A stretch of DNA of 64,000 bases, from positions 21,032 through 85,031 of the forward strand of contig QCOD01000005.1 in NCBI GenBank assembly GCA_003209955.1. The letters are read 5' to 3'. Both the position numbers and the translations under genes were made by a program. This document shows positions 9,411 through 19,066 of this stretch, one piece after another (the first letter of the stretch is position 1; the number at the start of each line of letters is the position of its first letter). The notes under the pieces are model-generated. The model worked only from the letters and a program-made list of their open reading frames with translations, had not been told where the DNA came from and made no database searches. Origin of the DNA: OCS116 cluster bacterium AG-430-B22 (GTDB lineage Bacteria; Pseudomonadota; Alphaproteobacteria; MED-G09).

Positions 9411-9908
9411 ATGAGACGCTTTTTACCTCTAATAATTTTGCTTGGTGTAATTACTTTATTTTTGTTTGGTACTTTCAAAAAAAATACACGGGTTATTCCT
9501 ACGCCACTAATTGGGCAAGAAGTTCCGATAATGGGATTAGAGACAAAATTTTATGAAGATTTTCAAAATAATGATTTAGAAGATGTTTTAAAGATTGATA
9601 AAATTAAAATCATTAATTTTTGGGCTTCATGGTGCTTACCTTGTGAAGTCGAACATCCAATTCTAATGGGCTTAAGCAAGAAGTCAGACTTCATAATTAT
9701 TGGTGTGAATTATAAAGATACTGAGGAAGGCTCCGCTGAATTCTTGAATGAAAAAGGTAACCCCTATGATCTAGTAGTAATTGATGATGAAGGAATGATG
9801 GGTATAGAAATGGGTTTAACAGGAGTACCAGAAACTTTTGTTGTTAATGAAGAGGGGAGGATTATTTATAGAGTTGTTGGCCCTATAAATAATGAAAATA
9901 AGTTTTAA
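9411..9908 (+). CDS. ccmG: thiol:disulfide oxidoreductase, cytochrome c maturation type (CcmG/DsbE/CycY)
   Basis: N-terminal membrane anchor. Thioredoxin motif NFWASWCLPCEVEHP and ...GVPETFVV.... Confidence 0.8.
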   Translation: MRRFLPLIILLGVITLFLFGTFKKNTRVIPTPLIGQEVPIMGLETKFYEDFQNNDLEDVLKIDKIKIINFWASWCLPCEVEHPILMGLSKKSDFIIIGVNYKDTEEGSAEFLNEKGNPYDLVVIDDEGMMGIEMGLTGVPETFVVNEEGRIIYRVVGPINNENKF

Positions 9909-11156
9909 TTATACTGCAACGCCATGAGCAAAATTTTCATCACTACTTTTTATTAATGCAGTTATTGTTTGACCACTTTTAATTTCTTTTTCAATTAATT
10001 TAATTGGCGCAAATTGATTAGAGTGACCTTTGTTATCTTTTTCAACAAATACTTCAATGTTCTTACCAACTAAATTTTCTAGATGCTTTATCTTTCTTTG
10101 CTTAGCAACATCTCTTAGTATTTTTGACCTTAGTTTGATAAGTTTATTATCATTCTGTGGCATCTTAGCAGCTGGTGTTCCTGGTCTCGGAGAAAATGGA
10201 AAAGCATGAATCCAGTCTAATTGACATTCCTCAATAATATCTAATGTGTTTTGAAACATTTCTTCTGTTTCTGTAGGAAAGCCAACTATTAAGTCAGCAC
10301 CAAAAGAAATTTCAGGTCTTTGTTGCTTTAGTTGGTCACATAAATCAATTGCATCCTCTCTTAAATGTCGTCTTTTCATTCTTTTGAGAATCAAATCATC
10401 TCCCGATTGGAGTGACAAGTGAATGTGTGGGAGGATTCTTTTATTATTAGCAATTAAATCAATTAGTTTTTCATCAAAACCTATTACATCCATTGATGAA
10501 AGTCTTAATCTTTCCAACCTTGGTACCTCACTTAAAATATATTCAATCAAGATTCCAAGACTAGCTTCTTTTTTATTTTCCATATTCCAAGAAGCTATAT
10601 CAACTCCAGTTAATATAATTTCTTTATGTCCTTCATTAATGAGATTATTTATTTCTTTGATAATTTGTTCTTTTGATTTTGATCTTAAATTACCTCTTCC
10701 AAATGGGATTACACAAAAAGTACATCTATGGTTGCATCCATTCTGAATTTCAACAAATGCTCTCGTTTTACTTTTATAACCATTCCTTAGAGAATTAAGA
10801 GGATCTTCATTGATCATTATGTCAGAAACAAGGTTGTTGTTATTTCTTAATAAATGAGAAGATATTTCTCTTTTTTCTGAGTTGCCTAAAACCTTATCAA
10901 CTTCCTCCATCTCTAAAAAAGATTGAGGTTCAATCTGTGCTGCACATCCCGTAACTACTATTTTTGTATTGGGTTCATCACGCCTCTTTTTTCTTATAGA
11001 GTATTTCACTTGTCTGATAGCTTCTTCGGTAACGGCACAACTATTATAAACAGCAATATCCTTTAAACCTTTTTCAATAAGGTTTTGTTCAATTATTTCT
11101 GACTCATATGAATTGAGTCTGCATCCAAATGTAAATATTTCTGGTTCTTTACCCAT
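9909..11156 (-). CDS. mtaB: MiaB-like tRNA methylthiotransferase (radical SAM), MtaB type
   Basis: FGCRLNSYES N-terminal cluster, radical-SAM CNHRCTFCVIP and a TRAM-like C-terminus. Adjacent to dapF, as in other alphaproteobacteria. Confidence 0.8.
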   Translation of the reverse strand: MGKEPEIFTFGCRLNSYESEIIEQNLIEKGLKDIAVYNSCAVTEEAIRQVKYSIRKKRRDEPNTKIVVTGCAAQIEPQSFLEMEEVDKVLGNSEKREISSHLLRNNNNLVSDIMINEDPLNSLRNGYKSKTRAFVEIQNGCNHRCTFCVIPFGRGNLRSKSKEQIIKEINNLINEGHKEIILTGVDIASWNMENKKEASLGILIEYILSEVPRLERLRLSSMDVIGFDEKLIDLIANNKRILPHIHLSLQSGDDLILKRMKRRHLREDAIDLCDQLKQQRPEISFGADLIVGFPTETEEMFQNTLDIIEECQLDWIHAFPFSPRPGTPAAKMPQNDNKLIKLRSKILRDVAKQRKIKHLENLVGKNIEVFVEKDNKGHSNQFAPIKLIEKEIKSGQTITALIKSSDENFAHGVAV

Positions 11157-12002
11157 TTAAAAATCCGATATATCTATTTCTAACTTTTCTTCAATTTCAT
11201 ATGGTCCAGTCATTACAATATTGTTGTCGTCTTTCCAAGAAATATTTAGATCTCCTCCAGCAAAGCTAATTTTTGTATCACGACCAGTAATATTTAAACT
11301 TGCTGCAACTGCAGTTGTTGCACAAGCAGCTGAACCACATGCTTTAGTTGTTCCTGTTCCTCGTTCCCAAACATCTATAAAAATATGATCATCATTAATT
11401 GTCTCTGCAAAAGAAACATTTACTTTTTCAGCAAACATTTCGTGATGCTCAATAAAGTGGCCCATTTTTTCAATTTCGGGCTTATCTTTATTAAAGAAAA
11501 ATATGGCATGAGGATTACCAACATTGACAGCACTAAAATTTGGTAATTCAAATGAAGATGGCTCTAGGGTAATTGATAATGTATTTTCAATTGGATTAGA
11601 CAATGGAATTTCTGACCAGTGAAATGATGGTTCACCTATATTGACTGAAATTTCATCTCCATTTCGCCAACATTCTATATCCTTATCAACCGTTTCAATT
11701 ATTACATTATTTTTTTTTGTTTCACTTAATATTATATCGCCAACACATCTTAAAGCATTTCCACACATGCCTGACTCAGTTCCATCAGCATTCCAGAATT
11801 TAATATGACAGTCACCATTTCTTGTTGCATTTTCAATATTAATAAATTGATCAAACTTATAATTGATCACAGCAGATTGTAGCTTGAGAATAAGATCATT
11901 ATTTATATTTAATTTATGATTTCTTGAATCATGGAATAAAAATGTATTACCGGCTCCATTCATCTTTTGAAATTCATATAAGTTTGTGTTTTCATCATTC
12001 AT
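11157..12002 (-). CDS. dapF: diaminopimelate epimerase
   Basis: FQKMNGAGNTFLF; active-site Cys motifs GNALRC and ACGSAACA. Confidence 0.9.
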   Translation of the reverse strand: MNDENTNLYEFQKMNGAGNTFLFHDSRNHKLNINNDLILKLQSAVINYKFDQFINIENATRNGDCHIKFWNADGTESGMCGNALRCVGDIILSETKKNNVIIETVDKDIECWRNGDEISVNIGEPSFHWSEIPLSNPIENTLSITLEPSSFELPNFSAVNVGNPHAIFFFNKDKPEIEKMGHFIEHHEMFAEKVNVSFAETINDDHIFIDVWERGTGTTKACGSAACATTAVAASLNITGRDTKISFAGGDLNISWKDDNNIVMTGPYEIEEKLEIDISDF

Positions 12003-12051
12003 ACCTATCTTATAGAGCTGAATTTGAGTTTTTACTACTTAATTGATTAAC

Positions 12052-12081
12052 TTGACTTATATTGCTTATAAGTTCTATATA
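12052..12081 (+). promoter_or_regulatory. putative sigma70-type promoter of rpsP
   Basis: TTGACT 12052-12057, 17-18 nt spacer, CTATAT/TATATA 12075-12081. Confidence 0.4.
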
Positions 12082-12129
12082 ACTCCACTTTTAATTAAAA
12101 AGTTGAAATAACGGTTCACAATGAATCGC

Positions 12130-12166
12130 CATCCGTCAACGAGGGTTCGTCCACGGGTGTTTTTGT
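12130..12166 (+). promoter_or_regulatory. GC-rich leader hairpin plus U-tract upstream of rpsP (attenuator or r-protein leader candidate)
   Basis: Outer stem CCGT 12133-12136 / ACGG 12153-12156. Inner stem ACGA 12139-12142 / TCGT 12147-12150 with loop GGGT. Followed by GTGTTTTTGTTG. Lies 30 nt before the rpsP ATG in otherwise AT-rich sequence. Confidence 0.35.
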
Positions 12167-12195
12167 TGCTGAATTAAGTTTTTGAAAGGAATAAA

Positions 12196-12618
12196 ATGGC
12201 TGTAAAAATTAGACTTGCAAGAGGGGGTTCTAAAAAGAGACCTTATTATAGAATAGTGGTTGCAGATATAAGAGCGCCAAGAGATGGAAAATATATAGAA
12301 AGGGTTGGATCTTATAATCCTCTTCTACCAAAAGATCATGAAGATAGAATCAAACTTGATATCGATAGAATTAAAGAGTGGTTATCAAAAGGTGCAAAAC
12401 CAACTGATAGAGTTGCAAGATTTTTAGATGCTGAAGGAATTCTGAAAAGAGAGCCAAGAAATAATCCTCAAAAAGCAATTCCGAAAAAAGAACCAGAAGA
12501 AGCTAAAGAAGAGGCTCCAGCAGAAGAATCTAAAGAAGAGGCCCCAGCAGAAGAAGCTAAAGAAGAGGCCCCATCAGAAGAGGCTCCAGCAGAAGAAGCT
12601 AAAGAAGACGCACCATAA
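12196..12618 (+). CDS. rpsP: 30S ribosomal protein S16 with acidic Glu/Ala/Pro-repeat C-terminal extension
   Basis: [24 protein letters not shown]... is a canonical S16 N-terminus. The tail is (EEAKEEAPA)n and ends at TAA 12616-12618 inside the repeat array. Confidence 0.9.
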   Translation: MAVKIRLARGGSKKRPYYRIVVADIRAPRDGKYIERVGSYNPLLPKDHEDRIKLDIDRIKEWLSKGAKPTDRVARFLDAEGILKREPRNNPQKAIPKKEPEEAKEEAPAEESKEEAPAEEAKEEAPSEEAPAEEAKEDAP

Positions 12619-12726
12619 GAAGAGGCTCCAGCAGAAGAAGCTAAAGAAGAGGCTCCAGCAGAAGAGGCTAAAGAAGAGGCTCCAGCAGATGAGGCTCCAG
12701 CAGAAGAGGCCCCAGCAGAAGAAGAA
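12496..12726 (+). repeat. 27-nt (9-codon) tandem repeat array GAAGAAGCTAAAGAAGAGGCTCCAGCA with some 15-nt half units
   Basis: Read directly. About 8 full or partial units encode EE[AS]KEEAPA / EEAPA. The array spans the annotated rpsP stop. Confidence 0.9.
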
Positions 12727-12735
12727 AAAAAATAA
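12619..12735 (+). other. in-frame continuation of the rpsP repeat beyond the TAA (38 sense codons plus TAA)
   Basis: In the same frame as rpsP it reads [38 protein letters not shown] and ends at TAA 12733-12735. Confidence 0.8.
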
Positions 12736-12737
12736 AC

Positions 12738-12760
12738 TAGATAAGAAAATCTATTTTTTT
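12738..12760 (+). terminator. intrinsic terminator after the rpsP region
   Basis: TAGAT 12738-12742, loop AAGAAA, ATCTA 12749-12753, then TTTTTTT ATTTTTT. The stem is short and AT-rich. Confidence 0.45.
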
Positions 12761-12844
12761 ATTTTTTCAAAACTCGTGACAAGTGATTGCATAGGAAATA
12801 ATCTTTCATTGTTTATAAAAAAATAAAATAAGAGTTTAAAAATA

Positions 12845-13546
12845 ATGACTTGGAAAGCAAATATTTTAACTTTATATCCAGAGATATATCCTGGCTATTT
12901 GAGCTATAGTTTACTTGGTAAAGCTCTTGAAAAAAAAATTTGGGAACTGAATATATATAATTTGCGCGATTTTGGAGATGGAAAGCACAAAACTGTAGAT
13001 GATAGACCTTTTGGTGGCGGTGCTGGAATGATAATAAAGCCAGATATTCTAGGTAATGCTATTGAAGAAACACTTATTAAAAACCATGCTCGACAATCAT
13101 TAGTTTATTTATCGCCTAAGGGAAGGCCCTTTAAACAAATTGATGCTAAAAATTTTTCCCAAAGTTCTGGGGTATCTATATTATGTGGTCATTTTGAAGG
13201 AATTGACCAAAGGGTCCTTGATATTTATGAAATAGAAGAAATATCAATGGGAGATTATATTTTAAGTGGTGGTGAAGTCGCTTCCTTTACTTTTTTGGAT
13301 TCAATTTTAAGATTACTACCAGGTGTTCTTGGAAATGAAGCATCTATTGAAGATGAGTCCTTTTCCGACGATTTACTTGAATATCCTCAATACACTAAAC
13401 CACAAGAATATAAAAATATTAAGGTTCCAGATGTATTACTATCTGGCAATCATGAAGAAATAGAAAAATGGCGTAAAAAAAAATCTATTGAAATAACAAA
13501 AAAAAATAGACCTGATATGCTAAAAAACGAAAAGAGTAAGAAATAA
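12845..13546 (+). CDS. trmD: tRNA (guanine37-N1)-methyltransferase
   Basis: ILTLYPEIYPGYL, DDRPFGGGAGMI, GHFEGIDQRV, SMGDYILSGGE. Confidence 0.9.
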   Translation: MTWKANILTLYPEIYPGYLSYSLLGKALEKKIWELNIYNLRDFGDGKHKTVDDRPFGGGAGMIIKPDILGNAIEETLIKNHARQSLVYLSPKGRPFKQIDAKNFSQSSGVSILCGHFEGIDQRVLDIYEIEEISMGDYILSGGEVASFTFLDSILRLLPGVLGNEASIEDESFSDDLLEYPQYTKPQEYKNIKVPDVLLSGNHEEIEKWRKKKSIEITKKNRPDMLKNEKSKK

Positions 13547-13629
13547 TTTAAAAATTAGGGTGACTTATTAACAATTTATGTGTTATTTGAACTTCCTGTT
13601 TTAATTATTAATTGTTAATGTTGAATAAA

Positions 13630-14076
13630 ATGGATGCGATTGAAAATATAGAAAAACAATATCTAAATGAATTGTCTGAAGGTAAGGAATATCCTGATTT
13701 TAGATCAGGTGATACTATTGCTGTAAGCGTGGTTGTAAAGGAAGGAGAAAGAGAGAGAATTCAGATTTTTGAAGGCGTTTGTATTTCTAGATCTGGTGAA
13801 GGAATTAACCAGAATTTTACCGTTAGAAAAATTTCATACGGTGAAGGTGTAGAGAGAGTTTTCACTTTATATAGTCCATTAGTAGATTCAATTAAACTTA
13901 TTAGAAAAGGTAAAGTTAGACGATCAAAACTTTATTACCTAAGAACAAGAAGGGGTAAATCAGCTAGAATTGCTGAAAGACAAGATCTTCAATCAAAAAA
14001 ATTAGATAATATTGATTTAGAAGATCAAACTTCAGAAGCTGAAATGTCAGAGGAAGAAAGCGCTAAAGAAAAATAA
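13630..14076 (+). CDS. rplS: 50S ribosomal protein L19 with acidic C-terminal tail
   Basis: FRSGDTIAV...[10 protein letters not shown]...[16 protein letters not shown]...SPLVDSI...KLYYLR. The start is ambiguous (TTG 13612, ATG 13618, ATG 13630). I chose 13630 by length comparison with E. coli L19. Confidence 0.85.
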   Translation: MDAIENIEKQYLNELSEGKEYPDFRSGDTIAVSVVVKEGERERIQIFEGVCISRSGEGINQNFTVRKISYGEGVERVFTLYSPLVDSIKLIRKGKVRRSKLYYLRTRRGKSARIAERQDLQSKKLDNIDLEDQTSEAEMSEEESAKEK

Positions 14077-14098
14077 TTCGCTTTTTGTTGGAGTCTCA

Positions 14099-15502
14099 AT
14101 GACAGAAGCAAAAACAATTTATGATAAAATCTGGGATGCGCATTTAGTTGCTGATAAGGATAATTATTCATTATTATATATTGATCGACATTTAATTCAT
14201 GAAGTAACAAGTCCGCAAGCTTTTGAGGGTTTAAGAATGGCGGGTAGAAATGTTCGACATCCTGATAAAACTCTAGCTGTCGCCGATCATAATGTTCCTA
14301 CAACAGATAGATCTGTAGAAATAGAGGATGAAGAATCAAAAATCCAAATTGAGGCACTTAAAAATAATTGTGCTGAATTTGGTATTAACTTTATTGATAT
14401 GAGTGATATTAGACAGGGCATTGTTCACATTATAGGTCCTGAACAGGGCTTTACTCTTCCAGGCTCCACAATTGTTTGTGGGGATAGTCATACTTCAACT
14501 CATGGAGCATTTGGAGCATTAGCACATGGTATTGGAACATCTGAGGTAGAGCATGTTTTAGCTTCTCAGACGCTAATACAAAAAAAAGCAAAAAATTTTA
14601 AAGTTGAGATAGTTGGGACACTAACCGACTCTATATCCGCAAAAGATCTTGCGCTATCAGTAATTGGAGCGATTGGAACTGCGGGTGGTACTGGCTATGT
14701 TATTGAGTATATGGGTAATGCAGTTGAAAGCCTTAGTATGGAAGGTAGAATGACATTATGTAATCTTACAATAGAAGCTGGTGCTAGAGCAGGGTTAATT
14801 GCTCCTGATCAAAAAACTTTTGACTATTTAAAGGATCGACCGTTAGCTCCAAAAGGTGATATTTGGGACAAAGCAGTCAGTTATTGGAAAACTTTACCAA
14901 GTGATCCTGGGGCACATTATGATAATTCAATAAAAATTGATATTGATAACCTTTCGCCCTTAGTAACCTGGGGAACTAGCCCAGAGGATGTCATTGATAT
15001 TGATGGAAATATACCAAAACCCGAGGATATAGAAGATGAAGCAAAGAAGAATGCAATAAGGCGATCGCTAGATTATATGGGTTTGGAAGCAGGTGAGCCG
15101 ATTAAAGGTACAAAAATTGATAAGGTTTTTATTGGATCATGTACAAATGGAAGAATTGAAGATCTAAGAGCAGCGGCATCAATAGTAAGTCAAAACAAGG
15201 TTTCTGACCATGTTAACGCAATTGTTGTGCCTGGATCAGGACTTGTAAAGGCCCAGGCAGAAAATGAGGGTCTGGATAAAATATTTATAGAAGCAGGGTT
15301 TGAATGGAGGGAACCAGGTTGTTCTATGTGTTTGGCCATGAATGCCGACAAACTCCTTCCTAATGAGAGATGTGCCTCGACTTCAAATAGGAATTTTGAA
15401 GGAAGACAAGGTAGAGGGGGAAGAACACATCTTGTGAGTCCAAAAATGGCAGCAGCAGCAGCCATAGCGGGGTGTTTGGCCGATGTTAGGGATTTTAGTT
15501 AA
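14099..15502 (+). CDS. leuC: 3-isopropylmalate dehydratase large subunit
   Basis: [61 protein letters not shown]. Confidence 0.95.
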   Translation: MTEAKTIYDKIWDAHLVADKDNYSLLYIDRHLIHEVTSPQAFEGLRMAGRNVRHPDKTLAVADHNVPTTDRSVEIEDEESKIQIEALKNNCAEFGINFIDMSDIRQGIVHIIGPEQGFTLPGSTIVCGDSHTSTHGAFGALAHGIGTSEVEHVLASQTLIQKKAKNFKVEIVGTLTDSISAKDLALSVIGAIGTAGGTGYVIEYMGNAVESLSMEGRMTLCNLTIEAGARAGLIAPDQKTFDYLKDRPLAPKGDIWDKAVSYWKTLPSDPGAHYDNSIKIDIDNLSPLVTWGTSPEDVIDIDGNIPKPEDIEDEAKKNAIRRSLDYMGLEAGEPIKGTKIDKVFIGSCTNGRIEDLRAAASIVSQNKVSDHVNAIVVPGSGLVKAQAENEGLDKIFIEAGFEWREPGCSMCLAMNADKLLPNERCASTSNRNFEGRQGRGGRTHLVSPKMAAAAAIAGCLADVRDFS

Positions 15503-15503
15503 T

Positions 15504-16133
15504 ATGGAAAAGTTTAGTAAAATAAAAGGTATCGCTGCACCAATGCTTTCTTCTGATGGTAATCAATTTTCAATGATGATTAATATTGATACAGATATGA
15601 TTATCCCCAAACAATTTTTAAAAACAATTAAAAGAACTGGTCTTGGTAAAAGCTTATTCCATGAAATGCGATATGATTTTGAAGGTAATGAAATCGAGAG
15701 CTTTATATTGAATAAAGATATTTATAGAGACTCAAAGATTATTCTTGCGGGAAATAACTTTGGATGTGGTTCCAGTCGTGAACATGCTCCATGGGCCCTG
15801 CTTGATTTTGGTATTAGAGTAATTATTGCACCTTCTTTCGCTGATATTTTCTATAATAATTGCTTTAAAAATGGTATTTTACCTATTCAACTTTCAGAAA
15901 AGTTAATCAAGGAGATAAGTGAATCTGCTTTAAAGGGAAATGAATTACAGGTCTCACTAAGCGACCAAATAATAAATTGTGGTAACAAAGAATTTAGTTT
16001 TGAAATAGATCCATCAAATAAAAATTTTTTGATGGATGGTCTTGATGATATCGGCTTGACTCTTAAAGATACAAATTTAATTGATAGCTATGAAAAGGAT
16101 GCTGATAATAATTTACCTTGGTATACTTTATAA
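15504..16133 (+). CDS. leuD: 3-isopropylmalate dehydratase small subunit
   Basis: NIDTDMIIPKQFLKTIKRTGLG and NFGCGSSREHAPWAL. Start set to ATG 15504, 1 nt after the leuC stop; the track start 15483 overlaps leuC. Confidence 0.9.
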   Translation: MEKFSKIKGIAAPMLSSDGNQFSMMINIDTDMIIPKQFLKTIKRTGLGKSLFHEMRYDFEGNEIESFILNKDIYRDSKIILAGNNFGCGSSREHAPWALLDFGIRVIIAPSFADIFYNNCFKNGILPIQLSEKLIKEISESALKGNELQVSLSDQIINCGNKEFSFEIDPSNKNFLMDGLDDIGLTLKDTNLIDSYEKDADNNLPWYTL

Positions 16134-16145
16134 AGGAAATCACTA

Positions 16146-17252
16146 ATGACTAATAAAATTCTAATTTTACCTGGTGATGGCATTGGCCAAGAGGTAATGA
16201 TTGAGGTTGAAAAGATCATTGGTTGGTTTAATTCTAACAAAGACTTTAATGCTGAAATCGAATATGGCCTTGTTGGCGGAGCATCATATGATGCTGATGG
16301 TGTAGCAATTAGTGATGCTACAATGCAACTTGCTCAAAAATCTGATGCTGTTTTATTCGGTGCAGTCGGTGGACCAAAATGGGATGATGTTGCTTATGAA
16401 CATAGACCTGAAGCTGGTTTATTGCGATTAAGAAAGGAGCTCGATCTTTTTGCTAATTTAAGACCAGCAATATGCTTTTCTTCACTTTCAGATTCTTCAT
16501 CATTAAAAAAAGAAATCGTTGAGGATCTCGATATTCTAATTGTTAGAGAACTTACAGGAGGTGTTTATTTTGGAGAACCTCGTGGCATAGAGGAATTAGA
16601 GAATGGGAATAGAAGAGGTACTAATACTCAAGTATATGAAACTTGGGAAATTCAAAGGATTGCTGAAGTGGCATTTGAGTTGGCTAGAAAAAGAAAGAAT
16701 AAAGTTACTTCGTCTGAAAAAAGAAATGTCATGGAATCAGGATTGCTTTGGTATGAAGAAGTAAAAAAAATTCATCAAGAAAAATATAATGATGTTGAAT
16801 TAGATCATATGCTTGCAGATAATTGTGGAATGCAATTAGTAAGATGGCCAAAACAGTTTGATGTGATTGTTACAGATAATCTTTTTGGTGACATGTTATC
16901 TGATGTTGCTGCAATGTTAACTGGCTCTCTTGGTATGCTTCCGTCAGCTTCACTTGGTAAAGCTGTGAATGGATTATTTGAATCAGCCCTATATGAGCCT
17001 GTTCATGGTTCTGCGCCAGATATTTCCGGTCAAGGAATTGCAAATCCTTTGGCATCTATTTTATCCTTCTCAATGGCGTTAAAGTATAGTTTTGGTAGAA
17101 ATAAAGATTCAAAATTACTTGAGGATTCTATATCAAAAGTTTTAGATGATGGATCAAGAACAAAAGATATCGCTGATGATGGAGACTTTATTTCAACCAG
17201 TGAAATGAGCAATAAAGTAATTGAAAATCTTGAAATACTTAATAAGGAATAA
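16146..17252 (+). CDS. leuB: 3-isopropylmalate dehydrogenase
   Basis: [46 protein letters not shown]. Confidence 0.95.
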   Translation: MTNKILILPGDGIGQEVMIEVEKIIGWFNSNKDFNAEIEYGLVGGASYDADGVAISDATMQLAQKSDAVLFGAVGGPKWDDVAYEHRPEAGLLRLRKELDLFANLRPAICFSSLSDSSSLKKEIVEDLDILIVRELTGGVYFGEPRGIEELENGNRRGTNTQVYETWEIQRIAEVAFELARKRKNKVTSSEKRNVMESGLLWYEEVKKIHQEKYNDVELDHMLADNCGMQLVRWPKQFDVIVTDNLFGDMLSDVAAMLTGSLGMLPSASLGKAVNGLFESALYEPVHGSAPDISGQGIANPLASILSFSMALKYSFGRNKDSKLLEDSISKVLDDGSRTKDIADDGDFISTSEMSNKVIENLEILNKE

Positions 17253-17255
17253 GAA

Positions 17256-18266
17256 ATGGGTCTAAGGGTTGCAATAGTTGGGGCTACTGGAAATGTCGGA
17301 AGAGAAATGCTCGACATTCTTGATGAAAGAAAATTTCCTATTGATGAAGTTTTTGCTTTAGCTTCAAGTCGTAGTAAAGGAAATGCTGTTCAGTTTGGTA
17401 ATAAAGAATTAACAGTAGAAGACCTAAGTGAGTTTGATTTTTCAAAAGCAGATATTGCCTTATTCTCTGCAGGAGGTAAAATTTCAGGAGAATTTGCACC
17501 AGAAGCTGCTAAAAAAAATTGTATAGTTATTGATAACTCTTCGAGATTTCGAATGGACCCTGATGTACCACTAATTGTACCAGAGGTTAATAAAGAAGAT
17601 TTAGATAATTATGAGAAGACAAAAATAATAGCAAATCCTAATTGTTCTACTATACAAATGGTTGTGGCGTTGAAACCTCTTCATGATTTAGGAAAGATAA
17701 AAAGAGTGATTGTTTCTTCCTATCAATCCACTTCAGGTGCTGGGAAAGCAGCAATGGATGAATTATTTGAGCAAACTAAGGGAATTTATTCAAATAATTC
17801 AATAGAGCCAGAGATATTCCAGACACAAATTTCTTTTAATGTGATACCACAAATTGGTCCTTTCGTTTCTTCAGGATATACGGAAGAGGAAGAAAAGATG
17901 ATTAATGAAACAAAGAAAATATTAAGTAAAGATATTGAGGTTTCTGCTACATGTGTAAGAGTGCCGACTTTTATTGGCCACGCAGAGTCAGTGAATATAG
18001 AATTTGAGAATTATGTATCTGCAAATGAGGCTTCAAATATTTTATCAGAGGCACCAGGATGTCTAGTCGATTTAGATAATCCTGAAACTTTTACAACACC
18101 AATTGATTGTGCGGGTAATGATCATACCTATATTTCAAGAATTAGAAACGACAATTCAATAGAAAATGGTTTAAATCTATGGGTTGTTTCTGATAATTTG
18201 AGAAAAGGCGCTGCTCTTAATACTATTCAAATAGCTGAAATACTTGAGAAAGATTATCTAAGTTAA
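17256..18266 (+). CDS. asd: aspartate-semialdehyde dehydrogenase
   Basis: VAIVGATGNVGREM, IANPNCSTIQM (active-site Cys), SGAGKAAMDEL, SDNLRKGAALN. Confidence 0.95.
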   Translation: MGLRVAIVGATGNVGREMLDILDERKFPIDEVFALASSRSKGNAVQFGNKELTVEDLSEFDFSKADIALFSAGGKISGEFAPEAAKKNCIVIDNSSRFRMDPDVPLIVPEVNKEDLDNYEKTKIIANPNCSTIQMVVALKPLHDLGKIKRVIVSSYQSTSGAGKAAMDELFEQTKGIYSNNSIEPEIFQTQISFNVIPQIGPFVSSGYTEEEEKMINETKKILSKDIEVSATCVRVPTFIGHAESVNIEFENYVSANEASNILSEAPGCLVDLDNPETFTTPIDCAGNDHTYISRIRNDNSIENGLNLWVVSDNLRKGAALNTIQIAEILEKDYLS

Positions 18267-18958
18267 ACTTTCATTTGCATTATTATTCCTAATTCATCTT
18301 TTTCTGGATCTTCTGGTAGATTTATATTTTGTTCATTTATAATTCTTTTCGCTGTCCAAGATAATGCACACGCGTCAAGAAAATCATCAGAGAGAAAATT
18401 CTTATTTTTCTTTAAATTATTATCAAGGAATTTTTTATCAAAGCCATTTTTTATCAAAATATTTTTTCTTTCCTTAATTCCCAATTTATCTTTTTTTGAA
18501 AATTTTAATGCTCCATCATTCATTATTTGGAAACATAGTTCAGGATGTGACTCATAAATTTGTGGTCTCATTTTGATTTGCAAGATTTGATCTAACTCAT
18601 TAATTTTTGGTATAAGATTCCAGCTTTGCTTTGATATACCTAATCCCTTATTTTTACTTATAGTATTTGCCTCATTATAACTTTTAGCTTTTAAAACATC
18701 TCTAATTGGAGCATTAAAAATACTTGATTTTCTTTTTAGTAATCTTTTTCTTGCTTCTTTATCAACTAATCTACCACCTTGTTGAATATTTCTATCAAGA
18801 CCAACAGGCATATCGATAATTATCAAATCTATATCAGGAGATAGAAAATCTATTAGTTTATTGTTGAAAAGGATTTCAAGAGTACCCTCCTGTTTTGAGC
18901 TTTGTTTAACTCCAACCCATCCACTTTTTGACCCATCAATTCCTAAAATATTTTTCAT
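18263..18958 (-). CDS. DUF429-like protein (predicted RNase H-like fold)
   Basis: 231 aa. ILGIDGSKSGWVG N-terminus, IIIDMPVGL and ...DDFLDACALSWTA... resemble DUF429 as I remember it. The 3' end overlaps the asd stop by 4 nt. Confidence 0.5.
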   Translation of the reverse strand: MKNILGIDGSKSGWVGVKQSSKQEGTLEILFNNKLIDFLSPDIDLIIIDMPVGLDRNIQQGGRLVDKEARKRLLKRKSSIFNAPIRDVLKAKSYNEANTISKNKGLGISKQSWNLIPKINELDQILQIKMRPQIYESHPELCFQIMNDGALKFSKKDKLGIKERKNILIKNGFDKKFLDNNLKKNKNFLSDDFLDACALSWTAKRIINEQNINLPEDPEKDELGIIMQMKV

Positions 18959-19066
18959 GCTTGTAAAGTTTATGTTCTTTTAAAATTTTGTTTACACTTC
19001 CTGTAAAAAGGTATTTAGATACTTCCATATTTCATATATAAAAGGATAACATTCTTATTAGTAATT

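Noticed and set aside
12496-12726. Tandem repeats in rpsP (and 44001-44045 in rplU) considered as CRISPR or minisatellite arrays
   Set aside because: The repeats are contiguous with no unique spacers. They are in frame and encode the low-complexity tails of S16 and L21. There are no cas genes in the window.
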